64,000 bases of DNA from a bacterium. GTDB taxonomy: Bacteria; UBA8248. Under the pieces are notes generated by a model. That model searched no databases and had not been told where the DNA came from. It worked only from the letters and a program-made list of their open reading frames with translations. The stretch lies in NCBI GenBank assembly GCA_965219955.1, contig OZ244799.1, positions 256,001-320,000 of the forward strand. Reading direction: 5' to 3'. The position numbers and the translations under genes were made by a program. This document shows, piece after piece, positions 23,482 to 32,794 of this stretch (position 1 is its first letter; the number at the start of each line of letters is the position of its first letter).

Positions 23482-23614
23482 CTCACCCTGAGTAGCGGCG
23501 AAGCCGCGTATCGAAGGGCGAAGTTCGCGCCTGCCGGGGTGAAACGCGATTGATGAATAAGCGTTTGCGCTTCCCATCCCTCGATACGGCGCTTGCGCGT
23601 CTGCTCAGGATGAG
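23482..23614. repeat. REP-like inverted doublet
   Basis: CTCACCCTGAGTAGCGGCGAAGCCGCGTATCGAAGGG ... CCCTCGATACGGCGCTTGCGCGTCTGCTCAGGATGAG. Confidence 0.7.
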
Positions 23615-23647
23615 GAGGTTTCGCACGGGTCGCCAGGCAACGGATCG

Positions 23648-23727
23648 GTAGGGACAGGCCTCCGTGCCTGTCCTCACGAAGGACAACCACGAAAGGCAGG
23701 AGGACAGGCACGGAGGCCTGTCCCTAC
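23648..23727. repeat. GTAG-type REP doublet (REPIN-like)
   Basis: GTAGGGACAGGCCTCCGTGCCTGTCC ... GGACAGGCACGGAGGCCTGTCCCTAC. Confidence 0.85.
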
Positions 23728-23963
23728 GGCGAAAAATCTCGAAAGTCGGATAGAGTTTTTCAACAACCCCCTCAAGGGGGGAGTGAAGTTCTTCTCTCGT
23801 CGGTCTGCAATGATCCTTAAGCCTTAAGGAAATGTTGAAAAAGCCGGTAAGGCCGGGATTGCCGTCATTCCGGTATACGCCGGAATGACAAACCTTTTTC
23901 TTTCACTGGCGGAACAGGCCGCATATATGCGGCCCCTACACATGCGCCACCCGCCGGAATCGG

Positions 23964-24887
23964 CTAGGACGCCATCTCCCACTCGGGGATGCCCGCGTGG
24001 AGGAGCTGCCCCGGCAGCTGGCGGTTCAGGATTTTCTCCGCGTGGGCGACGGCTTCGAGCAGTTTCGGCAGGTCGACCCCGGTCTCGATCCCCATCTCGT
24101 GGAGCATGTTGATCGTGTCCTCGCTCGCGATGTTGCCGGTCGCGCGCGGCGCGAAGGGGCAGCCGCCCAGGCCGCCGATGGAGGCGTCGAACGTGTCGAC
24201 GCCGACTTCGAGGCCCGCCACCAGGTTGGCGAGACCGGCCCCTCTCGTGTTGTGGAGGTGAAGCGCATAGCGGACGGAGGGGAATTTGCCCCGAATGTGT
24301 TCGGTCAGTTTCTTGATTTCGGCCGGGTTCGACATGCCCACGGTGTCGGCGAGGCCGATTTCCCCGCAGCCCATATCCACGTATTCGCCGACCACCCACT
24401 CGACGTCCTCATAGGAGATGCGCCCCTCATACGGGCAGCCGAACGTGGCGACCACGCCGCCCCGGAGCTTGAGATCCGCATCCAGCGCCATTTTGGCGAC
24501 TTCGCGGGCGACGCCGAGCATCGTCTCCCGGCTCGCGCGGATGTTCTTCTGGTTGAACGTCTCGCTGGCGGCGACGAACAGCATGACGCCGTCGAGTTCG
24601 CACTCGAGCGCGCGCTCCATGCCCCGGACGTTGGGAACCAGGGCTTCATACTCGGCCTCGGGGCTGCGCTTGCACCCGGCCAGCACCTCCTGTGCGTCTT
24701 TAAGCTGCGGAACGTGCTTGGGGCTCACGAAACTCGTCACCTCGACCCGGCGGACGCCCGCGTCGGTGATGGTGTCAAGAAGCTTTATCTTGTCTTCGGG
24801 CGATATGTAATTCTTTTCGTTCTGGAGGCCGTCCCGCGTGCCTACCTCGACGATATCGACCTTCGTGGGGAGACTCATCGCATTCAT
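23964..24887 (-). CDS. Hydroxymethylglutaryl-CoA lyase family protein
   Basis: EVGTRDGLQNE, LADTVG, HLHNTRG, GGLGGCPFAPRATGNIASED. Confidence 0.93.
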   Translation of the reverse strand: MNAMSLPTKVDIVEVGTRDGLQNEKNYISPEDKIKLLDTITDAGVRRVEVTSFVSPKHVPQLKDAQEVLAGCKRSPEAEYEALVPNVRGMERALECELDGVMLFVAASETFNQKNIRASRETMLGVAREVAKMALDADLKLRGGVVATFGCPYEGRISYEDVEWVVGEYVDMGCGEIGLADTVGMSNPAEIKKLTEHIRGKFPSVRYALHLHNTRGAGLANLVAGLEVGVDTFDASIGGLGGCPFAPRATGNIASEDTINMLHEMGIETGVDLPKLLEAVAHAEKILNRQLPGQLLHAGIPEWEMAS

Positions 24888-24917
24888 TCTCCTGCGTAGG
24901 AAAAGGGATTGTTTTCG

Positions 24918-26021
24918 TTATACGGCGGCCCTCGCCATCTTCTCGACGCGGGCGGGGATGCCGACGGCTCCGTGCCCGGCCGCATCCGCCAGCGTGAACG
25001 CTCCGCCCGAAATGGAGTGGTGCCACGCGGCGTATGGCTCCTCATCGAGCAGATGGGCGAGTTCATGCGCTCTGTCGCAAGTCTCCAAAGACAGCGCGAG
25101 GGCGAAGCCCGCCGATTTCGCGATGTAGGATTCATAGGGCGAGCTCAGCAGGGCGGGCTTGCCGGCGGCGTCGAACACCCGCGCCACCTCCCAGGCGTTC
25201 CGGGGGCCGCCGAATTTCGCGATCTTGATGAGGCCGATGTCGACGGCATCCGCATCGACGAGGCGGCGCGCGTCGTCGATAGAGAACAGCGATTCATCCA
25301 GGGCGACCTGCATTCCCCGTGCGCGGATTTCCCTGAAAACGTCGAGGCATTTCTCCTCCGTGGGGAGTACGGGCTGCTCGAAGTGTTCGAGATCGATCTC
25401 GACCATCCTGTCCGTGAAGCGCAGGGCTTCCTCGGGCGAGTAGCCGCCGTTCGCATCCGTCCTGAGTTTTATATCGGGGCCGAACCGCTCGCGCAGCCGC
25501 ACGATGCGCTCGGCGTCCGCTTCCATATCGACGCCCGATTTCACCTTGAGGGTCCTGACGCCTTGTTCGACAAGCGGTTCGGCCTTCCTGACGGCTTCAT
25601 CGGGCGGGAGGAGGCCGATGGGGGCATCGAGGGTGACGGAGGCTCTCTTGTGCCCGCCGAAGACCTGGGAGAAGGGCGCCTCGTTGATTTTGGCGGACAG
25701 GTCGACGGCGGCGATTTCGAGCGCCGTGCGCGCGGCGCCCATGCTCCCAAAGTCCGCCACCTCATCGAGCGCGGCGAGCAGCTCATCCGCCTCTTTGCCG
25801 CGTATCCGGGGAGCCGCTTCGCGGAGCGTCGCCGCCATGTCCGACCCCGTTTCTTTGGTGAAATACATCAGCGGCGCCGCCTCGCCCCAGCCCTCTACGC
25901 CCGCATCGTCCGTCAAGCGAATCACGACGCGCTCCAGCGTCGATGCGCCCCCGTAGCGGTTCCTCGATCCCTGGTTGACTTCCACGGCGGTATCCCAAAC
26001 CGTTACTTCCTGAATCGGCAT
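24918..26021 (-). CDS. Enolase-superfamily enzyme (muconate cycloisomerase/dipeptide epimerase subgroup)
   Basis: GWGE, KVK, DANGGY, EQP, DES, IKIAKFGG. Confidence 0.88.
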   Translation of the reverse strand: MPIQEVTVWDTAVEVNQGSRNRYGGASTLERVVIRLTDDAGVEGWGEAAPLMYFTKETGSDMAATLREAAPRIRGKEADELLAALDEVADFGSMGAARTALEIAAVDLSAKINEAPFSQVFGGHKRASVTLDAPIGLLPPDEAVRKAEPLVEQGVRTLKVKSGVDMEADAERIVRLRERFGPDIKLRTDANGGYSPEEALRFTDRMVEIDLEHFEQPVLPTEEKCLDVFREIRARGMQVALDESLFSIDDARRLVDADAVDIGLIKIAKFGGPRNAWEVARVFDAAGKPALLSSPYESYIAKSAGFALALSLETCDRAHELAHLLDEEPYAAWHHSISGGAFTLADAAGHGAVGIPARVEKMARAAV

Positions 26022-26132
26022 GTACGTTGCTCCTTAATGAGAGAATGGAATTCTCATTCGACATAGGGTTATGAAATCACTCCCCCCTTGAGGGGGCTGT
26101 TGAAAAAACCCACAGAAGAAGCGCGCTAGATT

Positions 26133-26297
26133 TCACTCCCCCCTTGAGGGGGAGTCGAAGAGCTGAGGGCGTAAGCCCGAAAGCGATTCGGTGGGGGGTA
26201 TAATCCGGAATGGCGATAAAACGCATTTTACCCCCCACCGAGTCAGCCTTCGCACAAACCGCTCGGCTTCCTCGACTCCCCCTCAAGGGGGGAGTGA
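26133..26297. repeat. 165-bp palindromic repeat, copy B
   Basis: Perfect 26-bp terminal IR TCACTCCCCCCTTGAGGGGGAGTCGA plus inner IR TCGGTGGGGGGTA/TACCCCCCACCGA. Confidence 0.9.
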
Positions 26298-26348
26298 TTC
26301 GAACCCTTCCTCCCCGGCCCGGGCCTTACACCTGCCCTCCGGCAACGC

Positions 26349-26870
26349 TCACTCGGGCGTATATATCCGGATGTCGGGCAGGGTGCGGTAGGCCTCGTCG
26401 CAGTCCAGACCGTAGCCGACCACGAAATGATCCTCGATGGTGAAGCCCACGTGATCCGCCTGTATCTCGGTCTCCCTCCTCGCGGGCTTGTCCATCAATA
26501 CGCACGTCCTGAGAGATGCCGGGCGCTTACCCCCAAGAATATCAATGGTTTTCGCAAACGTATGGCCCGTATCGAGAATATCGTCGATGAGCAGCACGTT
26601 CCGCCCTTCGAGGTCGCCCAGGTGTCTGGCGTCGATCTCCACCCGGCCCCTGCTTGTCGTGTTCGCGCCGTAGCTCGAGGCCGTGAGGAAGCCGAGCGTG
26701 GTGTTGCGCATGAGGGCGCGGGCCAGGTCGACGCCGAAGACAATCGCGCCTTTCAGAATCATGACGACGTGGATCGGCCCGTCGGGCAGCGCCTCGTTGA
26801 TCTCGGCGGCGAGTTCGGGCAGGCGGCTCTCGATTCGCGCCTGTGATATCAGAATCTCCTCAGCAGGCAT
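26349..26870 (-). CDS. hpt: Hypoxanthine phosphoribosyltransferase
   Basis: ILKGA, VLLIDDILDTGHT, FVVGYGLD. Confidence 0.93.
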   Translation of the reverse strand: MPAEEILISQARIESRLPELAAEINEALPDGPIHVVMILKGAIVFGVDLARALMRNTTLGFLTASSYGANTTSRGRVEIDARHLGDLEGRNVLLIDDILDTGHTFAKTIDILGGKRPASLRTCVLMDKPARRETEIQADHVGFTIEDHFVVGYGLDCDEAYRTLPDIRIYTPE

Positions 26871-26873
26871 CGT

Positions 26874-28016
26874 CTACTCGAGCACGGCCAGCAGAAGGCG
26901 CTTCAGGTCCTCCTGGGTCGAGGGGACCGGGTTCGTGTTGACCTGGTGGCTCTCCGCCGCGTCCTTCGCCAGGACGTCCAGGTCTTCGTTCACCACGTCC
27001 GCCTCCCTCAGGCTGCCCGGAATGCCGATGTCCGTGTTGAGCTCGCGGATGGCGTCTATCGCCGCCTCGGCCGTGTTCGCCGCGCTCTCTTTCAGGAGCG
27101 GCGCCATGCGTGCGTAGGCGTCGCGCATGGCGGGGAGGTTGAACTCCATGACGGGCGGCAAAAAGATGCCGTTCGCCGTGCCGTGGTGCAGCCCGTGGTA
27201 GGCGCCCAGCGGATGCGCGAGCGAGTGCACGATGCCGAGGCCCGTGTTGGTGAAGGCGCGTCCCGCGAGCATGGCGGCCAGCGATATGGCGTCGGCCGCC
27301 TCGGGGTCCGAGGGGTCGTCCACATAGGCCCTGCCGTGCGCCCCGATTCGCGCGATGGACTCGAACGCGAGCGCTTCCGTCCACGGGTTCGAGGCGGGCG
27401 AGCCGACCGATTCGATGGCGTGGGTGAGGGCGTCCATCATCGCGCCCGCCGCGATGTGGGAGGGGAGTTTGGCCAGAAGGGCCGAGTCGACGACCGCGAG
27501 TTTCGCGAAAAGCGAGTCGTCGGCGAGCACCGTTTTGATCATGAGCTTCGTGTCCGTGACGATGGAGCTCATGGTGACCTCGCTGCCCGTGCCCGCCGTG
27601 GTGGGAACGGTGATGAGTGGCGGGCCGGGTTTCGTGGCCTTCCCGCGCCCGTAGTAGTCGCTCGGCACACCGCCGTTCGCGACGATGGCCAGCGTCGCCT
27701 TGGCGGTGTCCATCGTGCTGCCCCCGCCCGCGGCGATGAAGCCGTCGCACCCGTTTCCGTTAAAGAAATCGCGGGCCGCCAGGATGCTGGTGTCTGAGGG
27801 ATTCGCCTCGGCCTTGTCGTAGAACACATATTCGACGACTGAGTCTTCGAGGCCTTTCAGCACCGAATCGAGCGCCCCGCTCGACGCCAGCCCCGGGTCG
27901 GTGACGAGCATAGGCTTCGTCATTCCCAGGCCCTTCGCTTCCTCTCCGACCTGGGCGGCTTCTCCGCGGCCGAAGCGGACGCGCGGGCCGGATGCAATCT
28001 GGAACGCTTTCACCAT
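26874..28016 (-). CDS. Iron-containing alcohol dehydrogenase
   Basis: GGGSTMDTAK, PTTAGTGSEVT, DALTHAIE, HSLAH, HHG. Confidence 0.94.
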   Translation of the reverse strand: MVKAFQIASGPRVRFGRGEAAQVGEEAKGLGMTKPMLVTDPGLASSGALDSVLKGLEDSVVEYVFYDKAEANPSDTSILAARDFFNGNGCDGFIAAGGGSTMDTAKATLAIVANGGVPSDYYGRGKATKPGPPLITVPTTAGTGSEVTMSSIVTDTKLMIKTVLADDSLFAKLAVVDSALLAKLPSHIAAGAMMDALTHAIESVGSPASNPWTEALAFESIARIGAHGRAYVDDPSDPEAADAISLAAMLAGRAFTNTGLGIVHSLAHPLGAYHGLHHGTANGIFLPPVMEFNLPAMRDAYARMAPLLKESAANTAEAAIDAIRELNTDIGIPGSLREADVVNEDLDVLAKDAAESHQVNTNPVPSTQEDLKRLLLAVLE

Positions 28017-28046
28017 GAATACACTCCTTCGCTGCTCTTATGAGGT

Positions 28047-28667
28047 TTAAGGGAATTTACGAAGCATGCGTTCGTAATCTTCTTCCGTGTCGATGTCGAG
28101 AAACATATCATCATTGGGGAGTTCGAGAAAAACGATCTTGCCGGGAGATTCATTTTCCAGCCTCTGGATGATCCCCCTGCCGCCCGCATCTCCGCTCGCC
28201 TGAAGCAGTTCGTCTCTTAGGGAAGCGGAGAACAGCGCCGGGTTTCCGCGCCTGCCTTGGAATACCGGCGCTGCGACCAGGGCTTCGGGCCGGGACGCTT
28301 CATAGAGGGAAATCACCTCGTTCACAATTCCGGGCGTCAGCAGGGGCTGATCGCCCAGGACGAACAGATAGGCGCAGGCCTCCTCATGCGCCGCCTCGAT
28401 CCCCGCGATCATGCTCGTGCTCTGCCCCTCGGCGTAGCGGGGGTTGTGCGTGAGGCGCACATCGAGACCTTCCACGGCCTGTTTTACTTCTGCTTCCTCA
28501 TGGCCCGTCACGAGTATGACCTCGGATACGGTGCTTTCGAGCACCGCCTTCGCCGTTTTTCGGAGGACGGTCTCATCCCCCAGGGGCAGGAGAAGCTTGT
28601 TCCGCCCCAGGCGCTTCGATAGGCCTGCGGCGAGGATTATCGCCGTAATGCGGCGCGCGTCCGCCAT
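28047..28667 (-). CDS. MocA/MobA-like nucleotidyltransferase
   Basis: ILAAGLSKRLGRNKLLL, LGDQP, RGNP, GDAGGR, DIDTEEDY. Confidence 0.9.
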   Translation of the reverse strand: MADARRITAIILAAGLSKRLGRNKLLLPLGDETVLRKTAKAVLESTVSEVILVTGHEEAEVKQAVEGLDVRLTHNPRYAEGQSTSMIAGIEAAHEEACAYLFVLGDQPLLTPGIVNEVISLYEASRPEALVAAPVFQGRRGNPALFSASLRDELLQASGDAGGRGIIQRLENESPGKIVFLELPNDDMFLDIDTEEDYERMLRKFP

Positions 28668-28898
28668 TCGAGTTCTCCGAAACAATAATAAGGCCTGAGT
28701 CCCGTCGGCATGGTAAGGAGGCGGGCTTTTAGATGTCAATTCCGGGCGGGCGGGGTTGTTGGAAAAGCCCCTGAGAAGGTAAAGGCAGCCCCCTGAAAGG
28801 GAAACCCGATAAAAGCAACCCCCCCTACCCCCCCTTGTCAGGGGGGTATAAAGAGGCGATGCGCCCCCGCCGGGCCGAGGGGGTTTTGCTTTTTCTTG

Positions 28899-30283
28899 GA
28901 GTTACGTTCAAAACTTGTGTATGGGCTGAATTGAAGAAGGCGGCGCATCCTGCTGAAATAGGGTTGTCCAAAGCCCGGTCATTCAGCACAAGGAGATGCG
29001 CCACCATGAGAGAAGATACGACGATTCCCTTGAGGAATCCAGCCTTACGAGACGAGTTGAGCGAACTGTTGCGCGCGGGCGCGCGACGAATCATCCGCCA
29101 GGCGGTGGAAGCGGAGTTGGCGGCTTATCTGGAAGAGCATGCGGGCGACCATGACGCGCAGGGCCGCCGCGCGGTGGTGCGCAACGGGTATCTGCCTTCT
29201 CGGGAGGTATTGACGGGTGTGGGTCCGGTGCGGGTTCAAGTTCCTCGGACGCGGGACAGGTCGGGCGCGGGGCGGCGTTTCCGTTCGGAGCTTTTGCCGC
29301 CGTATCTGCGCAAGACGCGGCGCGTGGAGGCGGTGATACCGTGGCTGTACCTGAAGGGGGTATCGACGAACGACTTCGGCGAGGCGCTCACGGCGCTGTT
29401 CGGCGAGTCGGTGAAGGGCTTGTCCCCGGCGAGCGTCTCGCGTCTCAAGGAGGGCTGGGAGCGCGAGTACTTACAGTGGCGCGAGCGGGACTGGGGCGGC
29501 GAGGAGTTCGCGTACTTGTGGGCGGACGGCATCTACGTGAACGTGCGCAGCGGGGAGCGGCGCTGTCTTCTGGTGGTCGTGGGCTGCGACGCGCGGGGCC
29601 GCAAGCGCTTCCTGGCCCTGGAGGCGGGGTTCCGTGAATCGAAGGAGAGCTGGAAGGCGGTTCTGCTCGGCCTGCGGGAGCGGGGGGTAAAGGCGGCGAA
29701 GCTGGCGGTGGGCGACGGGGGTCTGGGGTTGTGGTCGGCGCTGGCCGAGGTGTATCCCGAGACCCGGGCGCAGCGCTGCTGGGTGCACAAGACGGCGAAC
29801 GTTCTCGACAAGCTGCCCAAAAGCGCTCAGCGCGAAGCGCGGCCGATGCTGTACGAGATGTGGAGGGCGGAGACCCGCGAGCACGCGGAGAAGGCGTTCG
29901 AACGCTTTCTCGCCACCTGGGAGGCGAAGTACCCCAAGGCCGCCGCGTGCCTGGCGGGGGACCGCGAGGAGTTGTTCGCCTTCTACGACTTCCCGGCGGC
30001 GCACTGGCGGAGTCTTCGGACGACGAACCCGATCGAGTCGACCTTCGCCACGATCCGGCTGCGAACGGCGAAGACGAGGAACTGCCTGAGCGAGAAGACG
30101 GCGCTGAGCCTGATTCACCAACTCGCCATGAGCGCCGAGAAGCGATGGGGGCGGCTGGGCGGCCTGGGTCATCTGGCCGACGTGATCACCGACGTGAGGT
30201 TCATCAATGGGGTGAATGAAAAAGAAACCGGCAGGGAGGCCGCTGAACTCAAGACGGCCATACACAACATTTGACAGTAACTC
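28899..30283 (+). mobile_element. IS256-family element 1
   Basis: TIRs GAGTTACGTTCAAAACTTGTGTATGG / CCATACACAACATTTGACAGTAACTC; 9-bp target duplication TTTTTCTTG. Confidence 0.95.
29006..30274 (+). CDS. IS256-family (Mutator) transposase
   Basis: RNGY, VPRTRD, WADG, GDG, QRCWVHK, RTTNPIES. Confidence 0.96.
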   Translation: MREDTTIPLRNPALRDELSELLRAGARRIIRQAVEAELAAYLEEHAGDHDAQGRRAVVRNGYLPSREVLTGVGPVRVQVPRTRDRSGAGRRFRSELLPPYLRKTRRVEAVIPWLYLKGVSTNDFGEALTALFGESVKGLSPASVSRLKEGWEREYLQWRERDWGGEEFAYLWADGIYVNVRSGERRCLLVVVGCDARGRKRFLALEAGFRESKESWKAVLLGLRERGVKAAKLAVGDGGLGLWSALAEVYPETRAQRCWVHKTANVLDKLPKSAQREARPMLYEMWRAETREHAEKAFERFLATWEAKYPKAAACLAGDREELFAFYDFPAAHWRSLRTTNPIESTFATIRLRTAKTRNCLSEKTALSLIHQLAMSAEKRWGRLGGLGHLADVITDVRFINGVNEKETGREAAELKTAIHNI

Positions 30284-30362
30284 TTTTTCTTGCCCCCCTG
30301 ACAAGGGGGGGTAGGGGGGGTTGCCTTTCGACGAGGGAGGTCGGGGGTTCGCGCGAAAGTTT

Positions 30363-30432
30363 GTAGGGACAACCCCCTGTGGTTGTCCTTTGTAGAACAG
30401 GGCATCGGACAGGCACGGGGGCCTGTCTCTAC
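30363..30432. repeat. Diverged GTAG REP doublet
   Basis: GTAGGGACAACCCCCTGTGGTTGTCC ... GGACAGGCACGGGGGCCTGTCTCTAC. Confidence 0.75.
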
Positions 30433-30442
30433 CACCCCCTCC

Positions 30443-31786
30443 GGGTATGTCCGATTATCTGTGTAAGCCACGGTCTCGGGTCTTTGGGCTTTCCTGGCTC
30501 AGCTAGCTGAGCCAGGAAAGCGATCCTCGAACAGAATGGCAAATTGCCCCTTCGCGGCGGTCCAGTCAACTGGGCGGCGCCAACGGACTCCGGCGTTGCG
30601 TATCGCCAGGAACAGCAACTTCGTCGCCGCCTCGTCGCTGGGAAAGCTTCCCCGGGTCTTGATGATCTTGCGCAACGACCGATGCAGGCTCTCCAGGGCG
30701 TTGGTCGTATAGATCATCTTCCGGATGGCCGGCGGGAAGGCGAACATCGGCGCCACATGCTCCCAGGCGCGACGCCAGGCGGGAGCCACCGCCGGGTAGC
30801 GCTCCCCCCAGCGGGCTTCGAACTCATCGAGCCTGGCCGCCGCGGCTTCGAGCGTCTCGGCCCGGTAGACCGCCTTGAGATCGGGCATGACCTTCCGGCG
30901 GTCCTTCCAGGCGACGAACGACATCGAATTGCGTATCAGATGGACGATGCAGGTCTGGACCGCGGTGCGCGGGAATACCGTGCCGATGGCGTCGGGAAAG
31001 CCTGCGAGCCCGTCCACCACCGCGACCAGAATGTCCTGCAGGCCCCGGGCCTGGAGCTCGTTCATCACCTTGAGCCAGAACTTCGCCCCCTCGGTCTGCT
31101 CGATCCAAAGCCCCAGCACCTCCTTGTCGCCCTCGGAGGTAATCGCCAGGGCGAGGTAGACCGCCTTGTTCCGAACCAGGCCCTCGTCGCGGATCTTCAC
31201 CCGCAGCGCGTCGAAGAACACGACCGGATAAACAGGGTCCAGGGGCCGGTTCTGCCACTCCCGCACCTCCTCTAGCACGGCGTCGGTCACCCGGCTGATC
31301 AGGTCCGGCGATACCGATACCCCGTACAACTCCTCGAGGTGGCCCCGGATCTCGCGCACGCTCATCCCGCGCGCGTACAGCGACACGATGCGCTCGTCGA
31401 AACCCTCGAGGCGCCGCTCCCCCTTGGGCACGATCGCCGGCTCGAACGTCCCGTTGCGGTCCCGGGGAACCGCCAGGTCCAACTCGCCATCATCGCTCAG
31501 AACCGTCTTGCCGGAATGCCCGTTGCGGCTGTTGCCACTACCTCGTCCGGCTGGGTCTCCCTTCTCGTAGCCGAGGTGCTCGCTCAACTCCGCGCCCAGC
31601 GCGCGCTCCACAAGAGCCTCCTTGAGCTGCTTGAACAGCCCGTCCTCGCCCAACAGGTCTTCCGGCTTCTCGTAGCCGGACAGCAACTCGTCCAATAGCT
31701 CAGGTCTCAGTCTCGTCATCAAAGGTCCTCCTCCTGGTGAAGTGTGAACCCTCGACCCTTACTTACACAAGACTTCGGACACTCTC
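30443..31786 (-). mobile_element. IS256-family element 2
   Basis: TIRs GGGTATGTCCGATTATCTGTGTAAG / CTTACACAAGACTTCGGACACTCTC; 8-bp target duplication CCCCCTCC. Confidence 0.95.
30499..31719 (-). CDS. IS256-family transposase
   Basis: NSRNG, VPRDRNGTFEP, FFDA, VDG, QTCIVH, IYTTNALES. Confidence 0.97.
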   Translation of the reverse strand: MTRLRPELLDELLSGYEKPEDLLGEDGLFKQLKEALVERALGAELSEHLGYEKGDPAGRGSGNSRNGHSGKTVLSDDGELDLAVPRDRNGTFEPAIVPKGERRLEGFDERIVSLYARGMSVREIRGHLEELYGVSVSPDLISRVTDAVLEEVREWQNRPLDPVYPVVFFDALRVKIRDEGLVRNKAVYLALAITSEGDKEVLGLWIEQTEGAKFWLKVMNELQARGLQDILVAVVDGLAGFPDAIGTVFPRTAVQTCIVHLIRNSMSFVAWKDRRKVMPDLKAVYRAETLEAAAARLDEFEARWGERYPAVAPAWRRAWEHVAPMFAFPPAIRKMIYTTNALESLHRSLRKIIKTRGSFPSDEAATKLLFLAIRNAGVRWRRPVDWTAAKGQFAILFEDRFPGSAS

Positions 31787-31871
31787 CCCCCTCCTCGGGC
31801 GGTTCCATTCACCGAATCACGAAATCGGGTTTTCCAACAATTCCGGATGGGCGTGGTCCCAAGCCTTTCCG

Positions 31872-31900
31872 TTGACAACCCCTCACCCCGTCTCTAATAT
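31872..31900 (+). promoter_or_regulatory. Sigma70-type promoter of the cyclase gene
   Basis: TTGACA-17 bp-TAATAT. Confidence 0.65.
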
Positions 31901-32058
31901 CGGAAGCGCTCAAAACCCACGACATATCCCATGAGAAACCCGGATGCGGGCAAGTCGTATCGCCGGTTTTGGCCTGATTCAGAAGACGCGCTTCACCCAG
32001 CGAATCGCAAGGATTCGAACAGTTCACCAATAGCGGGACACCCCGAAGGAGAATCACC

Positions 32059-32772
32059 ATGGCGTACAAGAATCACGAAATCATCGATCTCTCACAAGAC
32101 ATCTACCAGGGCCAGCCCGTGTTCGTGGGACACCCCGAGACCTGGCGCTGGACGAACATGACGCACGAGGAAAGCGCCGCCAGCGGGCGCTTCCAGAGCG
32201 AGATGAGCTACTATTCGGGCATCATCCAGTTCTGCGAGCACGGCCCCACGCACGTGGATTCCATCAGCCATCTCGACCCCTCGCCCGACGCGCCCCACAT
32301 CGACGAGATGAACTTCGATTCCTTCTACAGCCGGGGCATCGCGATCGACTTCGAGAACGTGGAGGACAACAGCTACATCGACGCGGACGACGTGAAGCGC
32401 AGGCTCGACCACTACAATTACGAGATCAAGCCGGGCGATACGCTCCTCTACACCTACGGGCACTTCAAGCGCCACCACCCGACGCCGCTCTACACGACGG
32501 CCTACGCGGGCTGGACGCGCGAGGCGGCCGAGTACGTCTACGGCGAGTGCGGGGCCATCAACGTGGGCACCGACGCCCCGAGCATGGACATGGCGACCAG
32601 CCCCGGATACCCCTGCCACCTCGTTTGCCGCGAGCTTGGCCGCACCAACACGGAAAACCTGTGCAACATCGAGCTGGTGGTGGGCAAGGAGTTCCTCTAC
32701 ATCGGGCTCCCGCTCAAGATTCGGGGCGGGTCGGGCTCGCCGATCCGGGCGATCGCCGTTCTGAACGCCTGA
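32059..32772 (+). CDS. Cyclase family (kynurenine formamidase-like) metal hydrolase
   Basis: IIDLS, EHGPTHVDSISH, GTDAPSMD, ENL, PLKIRGGSGSPIRAIA. Confidence 0.9.
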   Translation: MAYKNHEIIDLSQDIYQGQPVFVGHPETWRWTNMTHEESAASGRFQSEMSYYSGIIQFCEHGPTHVDSISHLDPSPDAPHIDEMNFDSFYSRGIAIDFENVEDNSYIDADDVKRRLDHYNYEIKPGDTLLYTYGHFKRHHPTPLYTTAYAGWTREAAEYVYGECGAINVGTDAPSMDMATSPGYPCHLVCRELGRTNTENLCNIELVVGKEFLYIGLPLKIRGGSGSPIRAIAVLNA

Positions 32773-32794
32773 TGTCCCCTCGCGCGAGGCGAAC

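Larger units (their letters stand above)
28815..30324. repeat. Perfect 32-bp inverted repeat pair (28815-28846, 30293-30324) split by IS256
   Basis: GCAACCCCCCCTACCCCCCCTTGTCAGGGGGG and its exact reverse complement. Confidence 0.85.
28752..31844. mobile_element. MITE-like element with IS1182-type ends, invaded by two IS256 copies
   Basis: GGGGTTGTTGGAAAAGCCC ... GGGTTTTCCAACAATTCC; ~347 bp remain after removing both IS and their duplications. Confidence 0.55.

Noticed and set aside
23070-23711. Short ORFs within repeats (MAIKRILPPT... and similar)
   Set aside because: These are recurring translations of the palindromic repeats with no sign of coding function.
22990-23900. Repeat cluster as a CRISPR array
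   Set aside because: Repeats are inverted, heterogeneous and irregularly spaced; no cas genes.
28899-31786. Two IS256 copies as a composite transposon
   Set aside because: They have different TIRs and transposases, each has its own target duplication, and no cargo gene lies between them.
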